A DNA stretch of 63,891 bases, filler included, from Collodictyon triciliatum (Eukaryota): NCBI GenBank assembly GCA_043381765.1. It is 12 parts of 11 records of this genome, joined end to end, with 100 filler letters (N's around TTAATTAATTAA, not from the genome) between each part and the next. Parts side by side here need not be neighbours in the genome. Positions count along the whole stretch, not along the records: positions 11,506 to 17,022 come from JBHJMP010005141.1; positions 17,123 to 22,638 come from JBHJMP010005142.1; positions 22,739 to 28,246 come from JBHJMP010005143.1; 9 more parts are not named here. One strand, 5' to 3'. How positions within the stretch are numbered: position 1 is the first letter of the stretch; each line of letters begins with the position of its first letter. This document shows positions 12,383-26,100 of the stretch, piece after piece. The notes under the pieces were generated by a model. That model was given only the letters and a program-made list of their open reading frames with translations. It had not been told where the DNA came from and made no database searches. The position numbers were made by a program, and so were the translations under genes.

Positions 12383-15300
12383 AATCAATATGTCTACCCG
12401 ATTCCTTCGACATTCATTCCAGTTGTTGACATTTCGAACTGACGAAACTCTTTCGCCCCTTAAAAGAGACAAGCAAGAACATCAGACGCCTCTCGATTTA
12501 ATCAAAATGATGAACAAATTCCCCGCACAACATACATCGTAATATTATAATTTAAATAGTTTTGACCATTTATCTTCTATTCATACGACTGTTATTTGAA
12601 ACGAATGCTAATAAGCAGCATCTTACCAGGAAACCCCAAATAAACTCTCTGGTCTCTTGAAAAGTTGCCAAAATACAGAGAAACGGATGAATCAGCTCAA
12701 ATTTATAATCCATGAGAATCTCCCTCAGGAAAAAGTATGTTCTTACAAAACATCATTTTTCCTCTTTAATGCTTGTTTTGGAACTTCAAATCTCAATCTA
12801 TAGCAAAAAAAAAAAAAATTATAATTATTATAGTAATAGTAATACTTAATAGTGGAATTTTGAAGCAGATGAAAAGGGTCTAATTTTGAAACGTTTTTTT
12901 CCACATTCAAATCTGATAGCTGAGTTCTATTCGTCAGTACATCTTCTGGCTGCACAGTCTATTAAATCAGGCAATATCAAGAACAAGTGATGCAGAGGTG
13001 ATAGATTTAGTTGAGGCTCCATTATCACTTTGTGGTAGAACGTGAGTTTCCAAAACTTATTTGCATACTTATTGATACGTGAACAATAATGAAAAATATT
13101 TAGTTCCATAATGTTACTTCGCTATTTAGAAACGCTGAATAGTATATTAACTAATATCTGCATCTAGGTCATCTTTTTTTGCTAGGAGATTGGATGATAG
13201 TAATCTAGTTCTAGCATCCACACCAGTTACAACTATGTTTGAGATCGACGAAGCGAGCAAATTTCCAGCCACATTCCAATCCTTTATTATTCATACCTTT
13301 ACTGTTCATTTTTATGAATGCGTTCGGCTTAAATTTCTGCCATTTATTCTTGAACAAAGGTTTATTTATCATCGATCAAATTAGAATCTGTCTCTTTTCT
13401 TCCTTCGAAAGCCATATTAACAATTAGCGCTAATTAGAGTGGGACAATCTCTTTTCAAAAATTGGGTCGACCGTTCAAGTAGGGTAGATAATGGATTGAA
13501 CTTGGACAACACGCCTGATTGTAATTTTTTGATTTTAAGTGAAGAAATTACCATACAACAAAATGAAATTTTATCCGGCTTTTTTTTCTTTGACCAATCA
13601 CAATAATGTATTTGTCTTTATGAATAAACCTCACCCCTTAATTATTTTTATTTTTTTTTTGCAGTGGTATTTTCATCATCAGTCTCAGGATATATCAAAT
13701 CAGTAAACTCGTTCCACAACCGAAACCTCGTACATTGCATGTACAGAATGTTACGAGCGGATTTACCAACTGACCCATCGAATGCTTCGATGGTAGAGGA
13801 ATCGTGTATCCACAAAGTCCACGAGGTGAAATAAAAATAAAAATGTAAATAAGTATGGTGCATAAACTTAGAAATGTCATTCACCTGCACTAAATTGCCT
13901 TATTCTTTAATGACCCCCTTTATTATTCTAGTTGGACGCCACCGAGCTTTTGACAGCTGTAGCAAAATATTGCCAAGGGTTTCAATTTATTTTTGTTTTT
14001 GAATCACTTTTTAACAATGAACCTGCTGTATTCGTAATTTCATATTATAAAATAAACATCATTACCAGGGAAAACGGACCATCGCTTCGACTCAACTTAC
14101 GCCAGAGATTTCTTTCAATGATGACGAAATACTTTGGCTGGATTCCCAACACAAAGTATGCTCCCTTTTCCTCAAATATTTTATTTATATACTATGTCAT
14201 TATCTGCTAAATCCCTCTTTTATTCTAATATTCGTTCAGTGCCATTTGGTTGTTTTAATTTTATGATCTAATTATGTATTTATTTTTTTATAAAAATACT
14301 ATACCAGCCTCCTTTTTTTCTGTGGAAAGACGAGCGCAGTACACGAACCATCTCAACAAGGGACATCGCCATTACCTTTCAATCAGTATGTCATGGAAGA
14401 GCTTATATTAATTAACAACGAGTTCTCTCCAGATACAAAAAAATCAGAAACTTCACAGTATCCTCTCTTTGTGAAGCTCTACTTTGAATTTCACCTTCAG
14501 GTAAGCAACATCGCAACCAAAAAACTTGATATTTTAATTTTCTACAATATTTCATAATTTGGTGTATCATCTGTATTAGGGTGAATCATCGGATATTATC
14601 AGAGTCAGTCTTTACCCTCGTGCAGGTATCAACTCGTAAAATTATCCAATCAAACTGGAAATATTAAATACAAAAATGAAAAATAATAACGATATTCTCT
14701 AAAAGAATAAAATGTAATCGCATCTACATCTGTAGATGGAGACTTTGCCTTGGACCATCCTATGAATTTCCAAAAGGCCTTTCTGAAACTTAAAACATAT
14801 ACGCTTCCGATACTCAAACCAACATTTTACTCGGCCATAACCCCTTCTCCGTCAGACGTTGTCAACGAAATGCCAGAGTTTTACGTGAATCTCGTCTCCG
14901 AAATCAAGACAAATTTAGAGACACTTATTTATCAAGAAACTGTCGATAAAATGAGGTGGGCGCCATTAACGACAGAAAATCTTGACCTCATTATTCGGTT
15001 CATCCGGCACCTCCCTGACAACATAACTACTAAAGAAAATATTGCTCTTGAGTATGTATATCAAAATGAAACATCAGCCGAATTTTTAAACCAGTTTTCC
15101 CAACAAACACACGAATTATTGGGATCCAGAGACAATACCTTTTTCCTCTATCCAGATCATAATAAGCCTCGCCCATACTGGTTTTTATGTGTTTTCAATA
15201 CAAATTCTATCGATATTTATGGACAAAAATGGACTATTGGAGACGAGTCTATGTTTTCTGTTCCCATAATCCCATACGAAGAAGCCCTTACGAGAATTAA

Positions 15301-16834
15301 GGATATCATAAGCTCCTCGAATCAAAAGGCAAACCAAATTCGTTTACTCCATCACTTGTATGACGAACTACATGCAAACTCATATCTCATAGCTGAAGCC
15401 GAATCCAATCCAATCGATCATATGTCGTCAAACCAACAATTTAAACATGGACAGTTTGCATGTCCCCTTATTCATGTCATAAAACTAAATTTATATAATC
15501 GGCTGCAATTTAAAATCGCGCTTCAAACACTCAAAGAGAATGCCTCCCTTTTGACAATTTCAAATTTGCCGACCACATTTGTATTTCGGTATGTATACTC
15601 GTATAGTTTTTATATATTTATTTATTATTTATTATTTTTTATTTATGTATCTATCTATTTATATAGAGAGGCTTCTGGTACTATTGTTTATATGAGCTTT
15701 GTAGAGGGAACTGCCGCTAATCAAACAAGGTATTTTATTTTGTGATTTGCTCGAATCACCCAGTAAAGTGAATGTCATTTTGGATTATTAATACTGATTT
15801 ATTCATTCATTGATTTATTGCATCGTCATTTTCAAAAAAAAAAAAAAAAAAACACATATATAGCGGAGTTCTTTCCTTGAATATATACGGCGTCCACAAA
15901 CTGGACCAAGAAACTCTCAATGACCTTCATCGAATGTTGGAATCTAAACTCGATGCCACTGCGATGCTCCTTTTGTCCACCCTTGTATCAAAAAATCGTC
16001 AGATTAAATTCATGCGCACAGACATGGATTTTCTGAAACCGCCAGGGACATCCCCAGTCTTATCCACTTGTTTTCGTCTTCCTCGAATTGTAGAAGGTAA
16101 TACATGAGAATACTAGATTTTACCTCTTTATCCGCCCTTTATGATTGGGCCATTGTGCTCATATGCAAAAATTAGTCATAACAATAAATGAAGAGACTAT
16201 GTAGGCGAGTATTTTCCTGTTGTACTTTGGAATTTAAGTTTCATGATTTCTATGTTTTCTTCATGTCGTTTGTTCTTTAACATGTCACTAATTTTTTTTT
16301 TATTTTTTTTTTTTGTTATTTCCAAACAAAAGACATCGGCTTATTCATGACTTTTGTGAAGCAAAATCTTCTAAAGCAGTTGCTGCCGTTGTCTTATTCA
16401 GAAACTGGTGAGTCGTATGCCAGTGAAACGGATTCTCCTATCAGTCGCGCAGATACCGGAGATACGCCAATTAAGGTTTGATTAAATTCATATTATGTAT
16501 GAAAATATAATTTAAGTTACACATAACCTATATTGAATACATTTTGGTAAATTATTTTTGTAATAATCCTACAAATCCTAACAGAATTCAAATAGTGATG
16601 TTATGCAAGCCGTCGGGTTAGTTATTCAACGGTTTTGCATTATGGTTGATATGCTGCAAAATTTTATGTACATAAAAAATATTACTACCTTAATCTACGT
16701 TTATATTAGATCATTTGACTCTGGTGGTCTAGGAGAAAACAGAGAGATGGTCGCTTTTCGGCTTAAGGAGTTTGTCTACTTGTATAATTGTGTACCAAAC
16801 TCTAAGGTGCCATCTCCATTCTTTTCTGTTGTTG
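11636..16834 (+). CDS. SZT2: SZT2 (KICSTOR complex scaffold) homolog, internal fragment
   Basis: Motifs IVTEVWMEPQNG; GQFACPLIHVIKLNLYNRL..IALQTLKENASLLTISNLPTTFVFR/EASGTIVYMSFVE; and IYGVHKLDQETLNDLHRMLESKLDATAMLLLSTLVSKN..KFMRTDMDFLKPPGTS match conserved SZT2 blocks as recalled. Confidence 0.75.
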
Positions 16835-16921
16835 GTAAGTTTGTTTCTCTTTTCAATATTTGAATCTATCTTTTAAAGAAATATGAAAGGTTCTGTTTCC
16901 AATTATATGTACTCCAAGTTA

Positions 16922-17022
<101 letters not shown>

Positions 17023-17168
17023 NNNNNNNNNNNNNNNNNNNNNNNNNNNNNNNNNNNNNNNNNNNNTTAATTAATTAANNNNNNNNNNNNNNNNNNNNNN
17101 NNNNNNNNNNNNNNNNNNNNNNTTTTCTCTCTTTTTTTTTCTCTCTTTTTTTCTCTCTTTTTTTTCTC

Positions 17169-17257
<89 letters not shown>

Positions 17258-17326
17258 ATTCTTTTCATGCACATACATGTTGTCATGAAAACAAACAAGA
17301 ATCACACGGGTGTAAACGCAACCCAG

Positions 17327-18304
17327 GCGCGCTGCCTGCTGATGCTGAACCAAGCGGACCACGCGATGCGGCTGCTGCTGGAAGGCATGAGCCTTGTGCA
17401 GAAGCACCGCGTGAGCGACCCGGCCATCCGGCTCGAGAGTCTGGGGCTCGTCTCTCTGGCGCGCCTGCGCCGCGGCTTCTCCTACGCCCAAGTCGCACTG
17501 GAGACAACAGAAACGATGCTGACCGAAGCGCCGTTCGACCAGCCGCATCACCAGCCGTATCTCTTTGCCGCCTTTGCCTCGGCTGCCGAAGTCCTATATC
17601 TGTGTCTGCACTGCAGCAGCCAGAATCACGGGCCCATCACGCGCATCACATCGGCATCCTTCTCGTCCTCAAACACACAGCTTAGTCTCGAGTCTGATGC
17701 GGGGGATGGGATTCTGCAGAGCATGTGCGTGCAGATGGATGGGACAGTATCACCATCATCATCATCATTACTACAACCATCAGAACCATTACAACCATTA
17801 TCACTTGGGCTCTCGCTCAAAGAGACGATTGGCAAGAAGGCGTCTGGAAAGCCGCTGCTTGAAGACCATGTCTGTCGCATGCTGGCCTCTGAGCGCAAGC
17901 GTCTGGAGAGGCTCTTTCGCCAGGCCTGTGATTTGATGAACAAGTATGCGCAGGCCTTTCCCATCGGGCAGCCGAGGGCGACGCTGTGGCTGGGAATGCT
18001 GGAGCTCCACATGGGCAATGCGAAGCAGGCGCTCAGGACGTGGAGCCGATGCGCAAGAGAGGCAGATATTGCAGGCCTGGGCTGGGAATGCGCTCAGGCG
18101 CTGCTGCTGGTCGCTCGGCACTCGGCCGATGTGGACGAGAAGGCTGCGGCGCTGACAAAGGCCCGGGCGGTTTTCCTGCAGCGTGGCTGGCGCTGGAGTC
18201 TGACTCGGCCCGGTGGTGGTGGAGAGAGTGATGGTGGGAGTGATGGTGATGATGATGATGATGATGGCTGGAGGGTGGGTTTGGTGAACTGTGATGATGA
18301 CTGA
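17327..18304 (+). CDS. C-terminal exon of a soluble adenylyl/guanylyl cyclase-type (ADCY10/SgcA-like, cyclase-STAND-TPR) protein
   Basis: KYAQAFPIGQPRATLWLGMLELHMGNAKQALRTWSRCAREADIAGLGWECAQA matches the helical tail of these cyclases. CAG acceptor ends at 17326; GC-rich exon. Catalytic domains are not in the contig. Confidence 0.55.
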   Translation, partial: ARCLLMLNQADHAMRLLLEGMSLVQKHRVSDPAIRLESLGLVSLARLRRGFSYAQVALETTETMLTEAPFDQPHHQPYLFAAFASAAEVLYLCLHCSSQNHGPITRITSASFSSSNTQLSLESDAGDGILQSMCVQMDGTVSPSSSSLLQPSEPLQPLSLGLSLKETIGKKASGKPLLEDHVCRMLASERKRLERLFRQACDLMNKYAQAFPIGQPRATLWLGMLELHMGNAKQALRTWSRCAREADIAGLGWECAQALLLVARHSADVDEKAAALTKARAVFLQRGWRWSLTRPGGGGESDGGSDGDDDDDDGWRVGLVNCDDD

Positions 18305-19132
18305 TGCCCACGACGATGGGACATATTTCCATCGATTCCATGCTCTCTATTTTTCTCTATTCTTTTCCATTTCTCTCTATTTTTCTCTATTTTTCTCTCT
18401 ATTTTTTTTTTAATCTTGGTTTGTAGTATAAGGCTCAATCGGAAAAGGGAGCTAATGAGATGGAACTTGAAATAAAATTTTCTAGTTTGATGAATTATGG
18501 TCTATTTCGAATAATCGCGTATATTTTTACACATTTTTTATTGTAATTTTTATTTGAAAAGTTCAGAAGTAATAATATTTTTGGGAGAAATAATGAAGCT
18601 TCAAGACAAACTAACTCCATGTGGATTTTTGTGATTCGAAGGAAGGTGTTCTATTTCATTTATTTATTTATTTCTAATGATCATCACTCTTTTATCTCTC
18701 TTTTCGTGATTTTGTTTCCCTGCAGACGGACAAAAGGCAAACCGTTTGATTCTCTTATTGCAAAAGATGACTGATATTTGCTTTGTAGACAATCCCGTTG
18801 CGTGAGGTTGCGTAGAAGTGGCTTCCTCTTGCCTGACAGGAGTAAACAGGGTCTCTGATATATGTGTGTAAATTAAAGAAAAAAATGACAATAGGCATTG
18901 CATATAAAAACTAGAACCATCTGTTTTGAGTAAGCGAAAATTATGCAATTTGAAATGGTTATGTATATGCAATATTTAATAATTGAAAAAAATCGTAAAT
19001 AGACTTTGGGAAATAAATATGTTGTTCTCAGCAGGAATCATGAACGTGGCACGCATAAGATTTTCGGTTTTGCTCTTTACTTAAAATTTAGCAAAGAACA
19101 TGTGTTCCCGTGCAATGTACAAGGAAGAAAAA

Positions 19133-22100
19133 TTACAGTGGCGGTCCTGCGACTTCGACTTTGCTTCCTATCAAATCATTCTTCCACAGGATACAATGGC
19201 CATCGCCTTCATATAGAGAGAAAGAAGGGAAGTATGAGCAATATGCTGTTGTAAATTTACTAGATTGTCGATATTTCTCGGCAAATACAGAAAAAAACAT
19301 CATTAGCAGCGAACTGACCATGTTTAGATATCGGGGTTGTTTTGTGATAAGAAATGGAAAAAAACCATAGCCAGTCCAGTAGGATAATTCATCAGTTTGC
19401 TTGACAATTGCAATCGAATTAATTGGAAACCCTCGTTTGGTGGAGGAAAGGATTGGTTCTCTGTTAATTGATAGAAAAAAGTATAATAACTGAGCAGCTT
19501 GAAATGCATTAATAAATTTGAATTAATGTTTTTATTCGATCGTGATTGTTGCGGTATTTTTGTATGGGATGATTGCAGCAAAGTAAAACAAATACCCCTC
19601 CGAGCGGATATCCCACTAGGCCATGTATTGAATTGAACAAATAATTTTTTTAAAAAAAAATGATGATTGAGCCATTATTATATGATAAAATTCAGTGCAC
19701 GTTATATATCAGAAAATCTAAGAACGCACGTTACCATTTTGGAAATCAAAATACCTGTGAGAGGATTCCATCTGAAGACCCACTCATGATTGTATTCTCA
19801 CCAACTTTGATAATGGATGTAGCGTAGCCATCAGGTAACTGGCATGACCAAACCTATTCGAGTTTATGGCGAATAAGAGAAAGGAAGAAAGGGAATTATA
19901 AAAGGGTTAAACTAGATGGGCATATATAAATAAACAGGACATATTTTTATGACTAAATAAAACAAACTTCCGCAGTGGAGCGCAGATCAAATGCACTAAG
20001 CATAAAATGCATGGAAAAAATTAGGCTTCTTGTGAAGTCAAATATCCTAGAACATTTGAAGACAAATAGAAAGGGAGGAACATATATTTGAATGTATTTT
20101 CAAGAAAAAACGGATTGATGGCTACCTAATAGAACCATTTTCGAATGAACCGATGGCTATGCATCCATCTGTCATAAACTCTCGTGGGTCTATGTATGAT
20201 ATACATATATATGAAGAGGGTGCATATCAAAATTAAAAGACAAAACGAATAAAATGGTTGAATAAGTAAAACAGCCTTTTATGTACAAGTGATTAATTGA
20301 CGGTGTAATGTCTTTATGTTTGATTCGCTGATGAATCGTGTTGTACGGCACTCAAGCACAAATGAAAATGGCGTTACCTTCTTGAGCTTTTCGTCCGGAT
20401 TTCAGAAGTTCCTGCGGTGAATTTTCAAAAACGATGCAGTCCACAGCAGCTTTTTTTTAAAAAAAAAATATGTACATGACCAAATGCATGTAGAGATTTT
20501 ATTAGAACAGGCAGAATTATGTTCCACGTCAATGGTGTATGATTCAAATGGTATCGCTTTTTCCTCAAAGATTTCCCACCAGAATGATGAGTAGGCTTGT
20601 AAGTCTTTATGACAGACGATGAAGGAACATCCCACAGCTTTACTGTACCATCTCTTGAACAAGCTATAAATTATTCCGCGTATGTATATTATTAAGAATG
20701 TAATCGTTCGGATTTAGAAAGGAAAAAAATGGTTCAGAATGAGAGTTCCAAATATCATCGACACGAAAATGAATAGGATAAAACAGCTACAGATGAGGTT
20801 CCTGCCACGGCCGACGAAATCACAACCAAGTACACCTTTTATTATGGCAATTTAAGAAAAGTTATATGTCTCATAAAAATAAATATAGCAAGGGAGTATT
20901 ATTCTCAAATAAAAAAAAGGTAAGGTGAGTCCTTTGAACGAATGTAAAATTAATTACCTCCAGCGTGACCTGCAAGGGTAGCTGCGCAATAACCTTGCGT
21001 TGCGGACCATATTTTTAATCTCATATCTGTATTAGCATAAGATAGAAAGTGTTTCATATAATGAATAAATGAGATTGCATCCTTAGAAATGAGATAGAAT
21101 ACGTCAGAGTGATTGATCGATGCGGTGGATAAATCTCCGATATTAACATTGTTGTCTTTATCATTCAAAATTTTCATGTTAGAAAAAAAACAACTTAATA
21201 TCGAAAACATCACCTGACGAGCCGCTCAAGATAACTTCACCACTTGGAAAAAATTTACATGTATTTATGTCTAATACATGACCATCAAGGTCGAACTGAA
21301 ATATAGAAGTAATTACTCATTTGCAAGCGTATCTTTCATTAATGATTTACATAAACCGATATTGAATAACTTTGTGGAATATAGTATGTGGGCTCACAAT
21401 TATCTTTCCAGTTGTTGTTGACCAAACAACAATCTTATTTTGTGTACCACCAGTGGCAGCAAGGTCACCCTGACGGTTGATATCTGTTTTACAAACCTGA
21501 TGTGTGGCATATGGTCAGTTTTTTTAAAATGTTTATATATCCCTTTGATCTAGATAAGGGAGAAAGCACTCAAGTAACCTTGCTGAGCACAATAAATGCG
21601 TCAGTAAAACAAAAAAGAAAGAAAAGAGGTACATCGCAATGACGTAGCCAATTTTGGTTGATAATCAAAAAAAAAAAGGTCAAAAGGATATAGAGATATT
21701 TTCATACAAACTAGTGATAAAGAATTTCTACAAACCCCGTTGGTGTTCAATATTTTGTACTCTCTATTAAATTGGGAAAAGATGGCATATTTGTTTGCTT
21801 CTTTGCAGAGGACTCTGAGTTTAGGTGGGGACTGATTTATGTTTCACATTTAGATGGATTTTAATCTTCATAACAAACAGAATTCATTGTTTATTTAGTA
21901 ATTGGTATTTCACGGACGATAGTTTTATTGTGAAATCCTGATAAGCTAAGCAACCTGTTTTCAATTACAGGTGATTGTATTGGAATTATCGTGTAAAAAG
22001 AACAAACAGATTCAAACTCGATGACTTGAAAATCTTCGGTCTCTGAAACGATTGTTTGGCCTTGTGCCTTCATGGACCCCACAAATGTAGCTTCTGCAAC

Positions 22101-22360
22101 GTGCGATATACAAAGGAGGAATACATATTCATCTTTAAAAAGTGAATTGATGAAGGCAAATGAATAGGAAAACTTTAAGAATACCTACCAAAGGGAGAAA
22201 GTAATAAAGGAAGACAGAGAGTAAACATCAAAACAAAAAGAATGATTCTTTAACATAGAAATATGGTATTTGACTTACCATCGGTTTGGAAGGATATCCA
22301 GAAAGACTCTGCCCCAACCTTGAAAACCTCGAGCCAGTCGCTCTGGATTCGAAACGACAT
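19133..22360 (-). CDS. PAAF1: Proteasomal ATPase-associated factor 1 (Rpn14-like WD40 protein)
   Basis: Starts MSFRIQSDW; exons DLDGHVLDINTCKFFPSGEVILSGSS/DMRLKIWSATQGYCAATLAGHAG, CSRDGTVKLWD, DPREFMTDG and GDGHCILW match PAAF1. 3' end approximate. Confidence 0.88.
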
Positions 22361-23124
22361 TTGTGTGGCTTTTTCTGGAGTGTTTTGAGTTGTCCATCAG
22401 ATAAATGTAAAATAAGAGAATAGCAGCACAAATCCAGCTCCGTGTCAACCTTTGTGGAACTCCTTTTTTTTGTTTTTTTGGTTTTTTTGTTTTTTTGTTT
22501 TTTTGTTTTTTTGTTTTTTTGTTTTTTTGTTTTTTTGTTTTTTTGTTTTTTTTGTTTTTTTGTTTTTTGTTTTTTTGTTTTTTGTTTTTTTGTTTTTTTT
22601 GTTTTTTTGTTTTTTTGTTTTTTTGTTTTTTTGTTTTTNNNNNNNNNNNNNNNNNNNNNNNNNNNNNNNNNNNNNNNNNNNNTTAATTAATTAANNNNNN
22701 NNNNNNNNNNNNNNNNNNNNNNNNNNNNNNNNNNNNNNAAAGGAAAGAAAAAAAAGGAAAGAAAAAAAAAGGAAAGAAAAAAAAGGAAAGAAAAAAAAGG
22801 AAAGAAAAAAAAGGAAAGAAAAAAAAGGAAAGAAAAAAAAGGAAAGAAAAAAAAAAAAGGAAAAAAGGGCGGAAAAATGGAAGTATAAGAATCTTTCAGA
22901 GGCATAAGATTAATCAAAAGCAAAACCGTTCGTAGCCCAGTACGCATTTCACTCACCATCAAAAATCCTTCACAAACAGCGTGGAACAGAGAACCAATTG
23001 AACAAAGAGGTTCATAAAGAGGTTCATAAAGAAAGAAAGAAACAAGATATATGAAAGTATGTCAGGTGGAGCCCAAAGTTGTGGTTGGGTGTGTCCAAGA
23101 ACGCCTTTAGGCCATGAGATGAAT

Positions 23125-26100
23125 TCACCGAAGGGACTGGTGAAGGTATATCACAAGTGCCGTGATGTCGTCACGATAGCCTCCTTCCTCAACCGCCCGT
23201 CTACATTTAACATTTATTTGGGTATGCTCGTTTTATTTGTTCCTTTTTGCAAATGTTCAATGGGGGTTTTTATACATAAGCAGAAGATCTATAAAGTTAT
23301 GCGATGTACACGTTTGCATCATGTAGTTTGGATGATATTCCGATAGAAAACGAGATGCCCATCGCGATTGGGTTATGAATGAAAGGAATGTATCCCTGCG
23401 ATAATTCTATAGAACGCACCTGTCCCATTCTTGTTTGGCATCAAACACAAGTTGCCTGCACGAACTTTCGGGTGTGTTCATGCTTCCAACTGCATTGGCA
23501 ACCTTTTCGAGTGATTACCATTTGAGTGAAAGAGAACAGAAAAATCGTGATGTGAGTTTCGTCTAATATACGATTGCTACGTGTATAAACCCCTTACGTG
23601 CTGGCTGCTCAGAAACTCCCACACACCGTCACTGGCTAGCACTATGAATCGGTCTCTTTCTCTGTCTAGCGTGAATTCTGTTATGACTGGGTCGCTGATG
23701 ACACCGCAAGCTTTTCCTATCGAATCGCCAATGGAGCGGGCCATGGCCAAGCCAGGATATCCTTCTCCTGCAATAAAAACCTGTCCGCGTGTAAGCATGG
23801 TTTCTTATTCTCTGAATCAAGCATATCATTTTTATGAGGCTTTGAACTTATCTACATTCATACTTGAGGCTAAAGAGATGCAGTCCAATCAATATATATA
23901 TTGGTCTCTGTTACATAAATAAGAGTATATGTGTCACAAACTCGATAGGGCCCGTCAGGATTTCCGTTCTCATCATAGAAACAATCCACTTGTCCCCCAG
24001 ATTCCACGATACGCTTCATTTCTTCTGGTTGGTTTGGCTTTTGGTCGATAGATAACTCCAAAGCCTAACATGGATTATAACATTACAGAAAATACGCTTA
24101 TTTGGGTAAGCTTAACTTTCCACAGAAAAAAAGTACAATTATTTAGTCTAGTCAGCGAAAATCAACTTATCACTCCATGTTTTCAGAATGTAACAAAACA
24201 GCATGACTGTATTCAGAAATATGTAAAATAAAATAATAATTGAGACGGAATATATAAAACGACAGAGGTTATAAAAAAAAAAAAGGAAAGAAAACAATAA
24301 CTGCCTGTAAATTTTGTATTATAACAACCTCAAAAACTTTTTGTCGATCGGCTGTTGTTCCTGTAGCCAACGCGCGCCCCATAATTGCTCGCGAGTCTCC
24401 AACATTGGCAACAAACAAACGATATCCCATCTGAATAGATAAAATATGGATTATATACCAGCAGAAACCATTGGCAAGAACGAAAGAAAAAGATCGAAAT
24501 AAAGTGGAAAATTGTACTAACTTGAATAATAACAATTGCCGTTGTGCCACTCAATTCCACATCAAACTCTGCTTGCGTTACTGCGTTGTTTGTACTTAAG
24601 AATCCCCTATTTATCACAGGTTGTTGTTTTTCAAGAGGGGGGGGTTTTTTTTAATACCGAATAGGGATTATATGATGTGACTGGCTTTTTTAAAAATTTT
24701 AAATGTCCAATGACTTGCAATATAGGTGAAAAAAATAAGATAAAGAAAAAAGAGTAAGGAGACAAAGAAGTCTTTATGAGAAGGAGAACAAGCACTGCTT
24801 TCACCTGTGTATAGCAGACACTGGGTCTCTAGAAAACAATTCGATATCCTTGAATATGTCTTGAGGAAGTCGGTCCCGAACCATTTTGGACACGTCGTGC
24901 CCATGAGAACCGTGTCCATCAAAAACACCGTAGAAAGATACCTTCTGCCCTTGGACCATCACTTCATAAACCGAGTAGTTATCCTATACCCAAACAATTA
25001 ATTATTGGTATAATCCAGCGTATGCTATATGTTCAATCGACGGGATTATGTCGCACCTGATTCTGTTTGAATGGGTCGCTCGGTGACTTCCCCACCTCTG
25101 AATAGACGAAGTAGTATGTCGGCAGTGCGTTCATATCCTAAGAAGTGTACTCCCATAAGTGAGAGATTACAAAATTTCATACAGTAGTCAATCTGTCATC
25201 TAAATTTAGATTTCAAACTTTGAGGAATAAAAGTACTCAATATTAAATATTCAAAGAAAGATTATTTTTGTAATAAAAAATGATACCTTTGTAGACGAGT
25301 CATGTATACTCATTCTATTGAAATAAATTATAAATAATAATCGTTCACATTATGAATGGACCATGAATAATAATGCACCTTCGCCGCAGACTTCGCTTGC
25401 CTGCTTCACGACCCACGTTCAAGGATGGTACCAGGCGCGACAAATTCTTGACTCGGTCTGAGAGAACCTATGATAAAAACACATAGATGTAGAATACTTT
25501 CATGTCTTACTCATGTCTATACAAAGAAAGTAGGGGGAAATATGTTGGATGGCCTTTAAATCTAAAAAAAGGACAGAGTATCAAACCATAGATAGAAATT
25601 TGTGCAAGCGGGCACCGAAGCCGGGGCGTGTCTGAATCAACTTCATCAAAAACGGTCCTTCCAGACAACAAATCATCGACTGTTCGTCCTTTAAAACAAT
25701 AGTAAAATTTATGGTATCAAAACTGATTTGTAGTCGACTTTAATACAGAATTCTAAAAGAAAGGTTCACAAACTGCAGATACAACAGAAGCACTTGCTGC
25801 ACCGCCTTGCAGAAAAGACATTTCACCAAACATGTCACCTTCTTGCATCACACGCAATATAACGATGTCTGATGGGTCTCCTATTTGCACCTCCAAGCGA
25901 CCTTGAAGAACCTGCCGAAGGGAACACATAATAATTTCAGAATTGCGAAATGGTTCGAGTTACTTAATCCTCTTCCTTTCCATTTTTTTTGTTGTAATTT
26001 TCTTTTTCTTTTCATTTTTAAATGGGTATCAATTATGGCTTTGATTTGATATTGGGGTAGTCGAAGAAAATTCGGTTTTAACCTGATAGAGATTTTCGTA

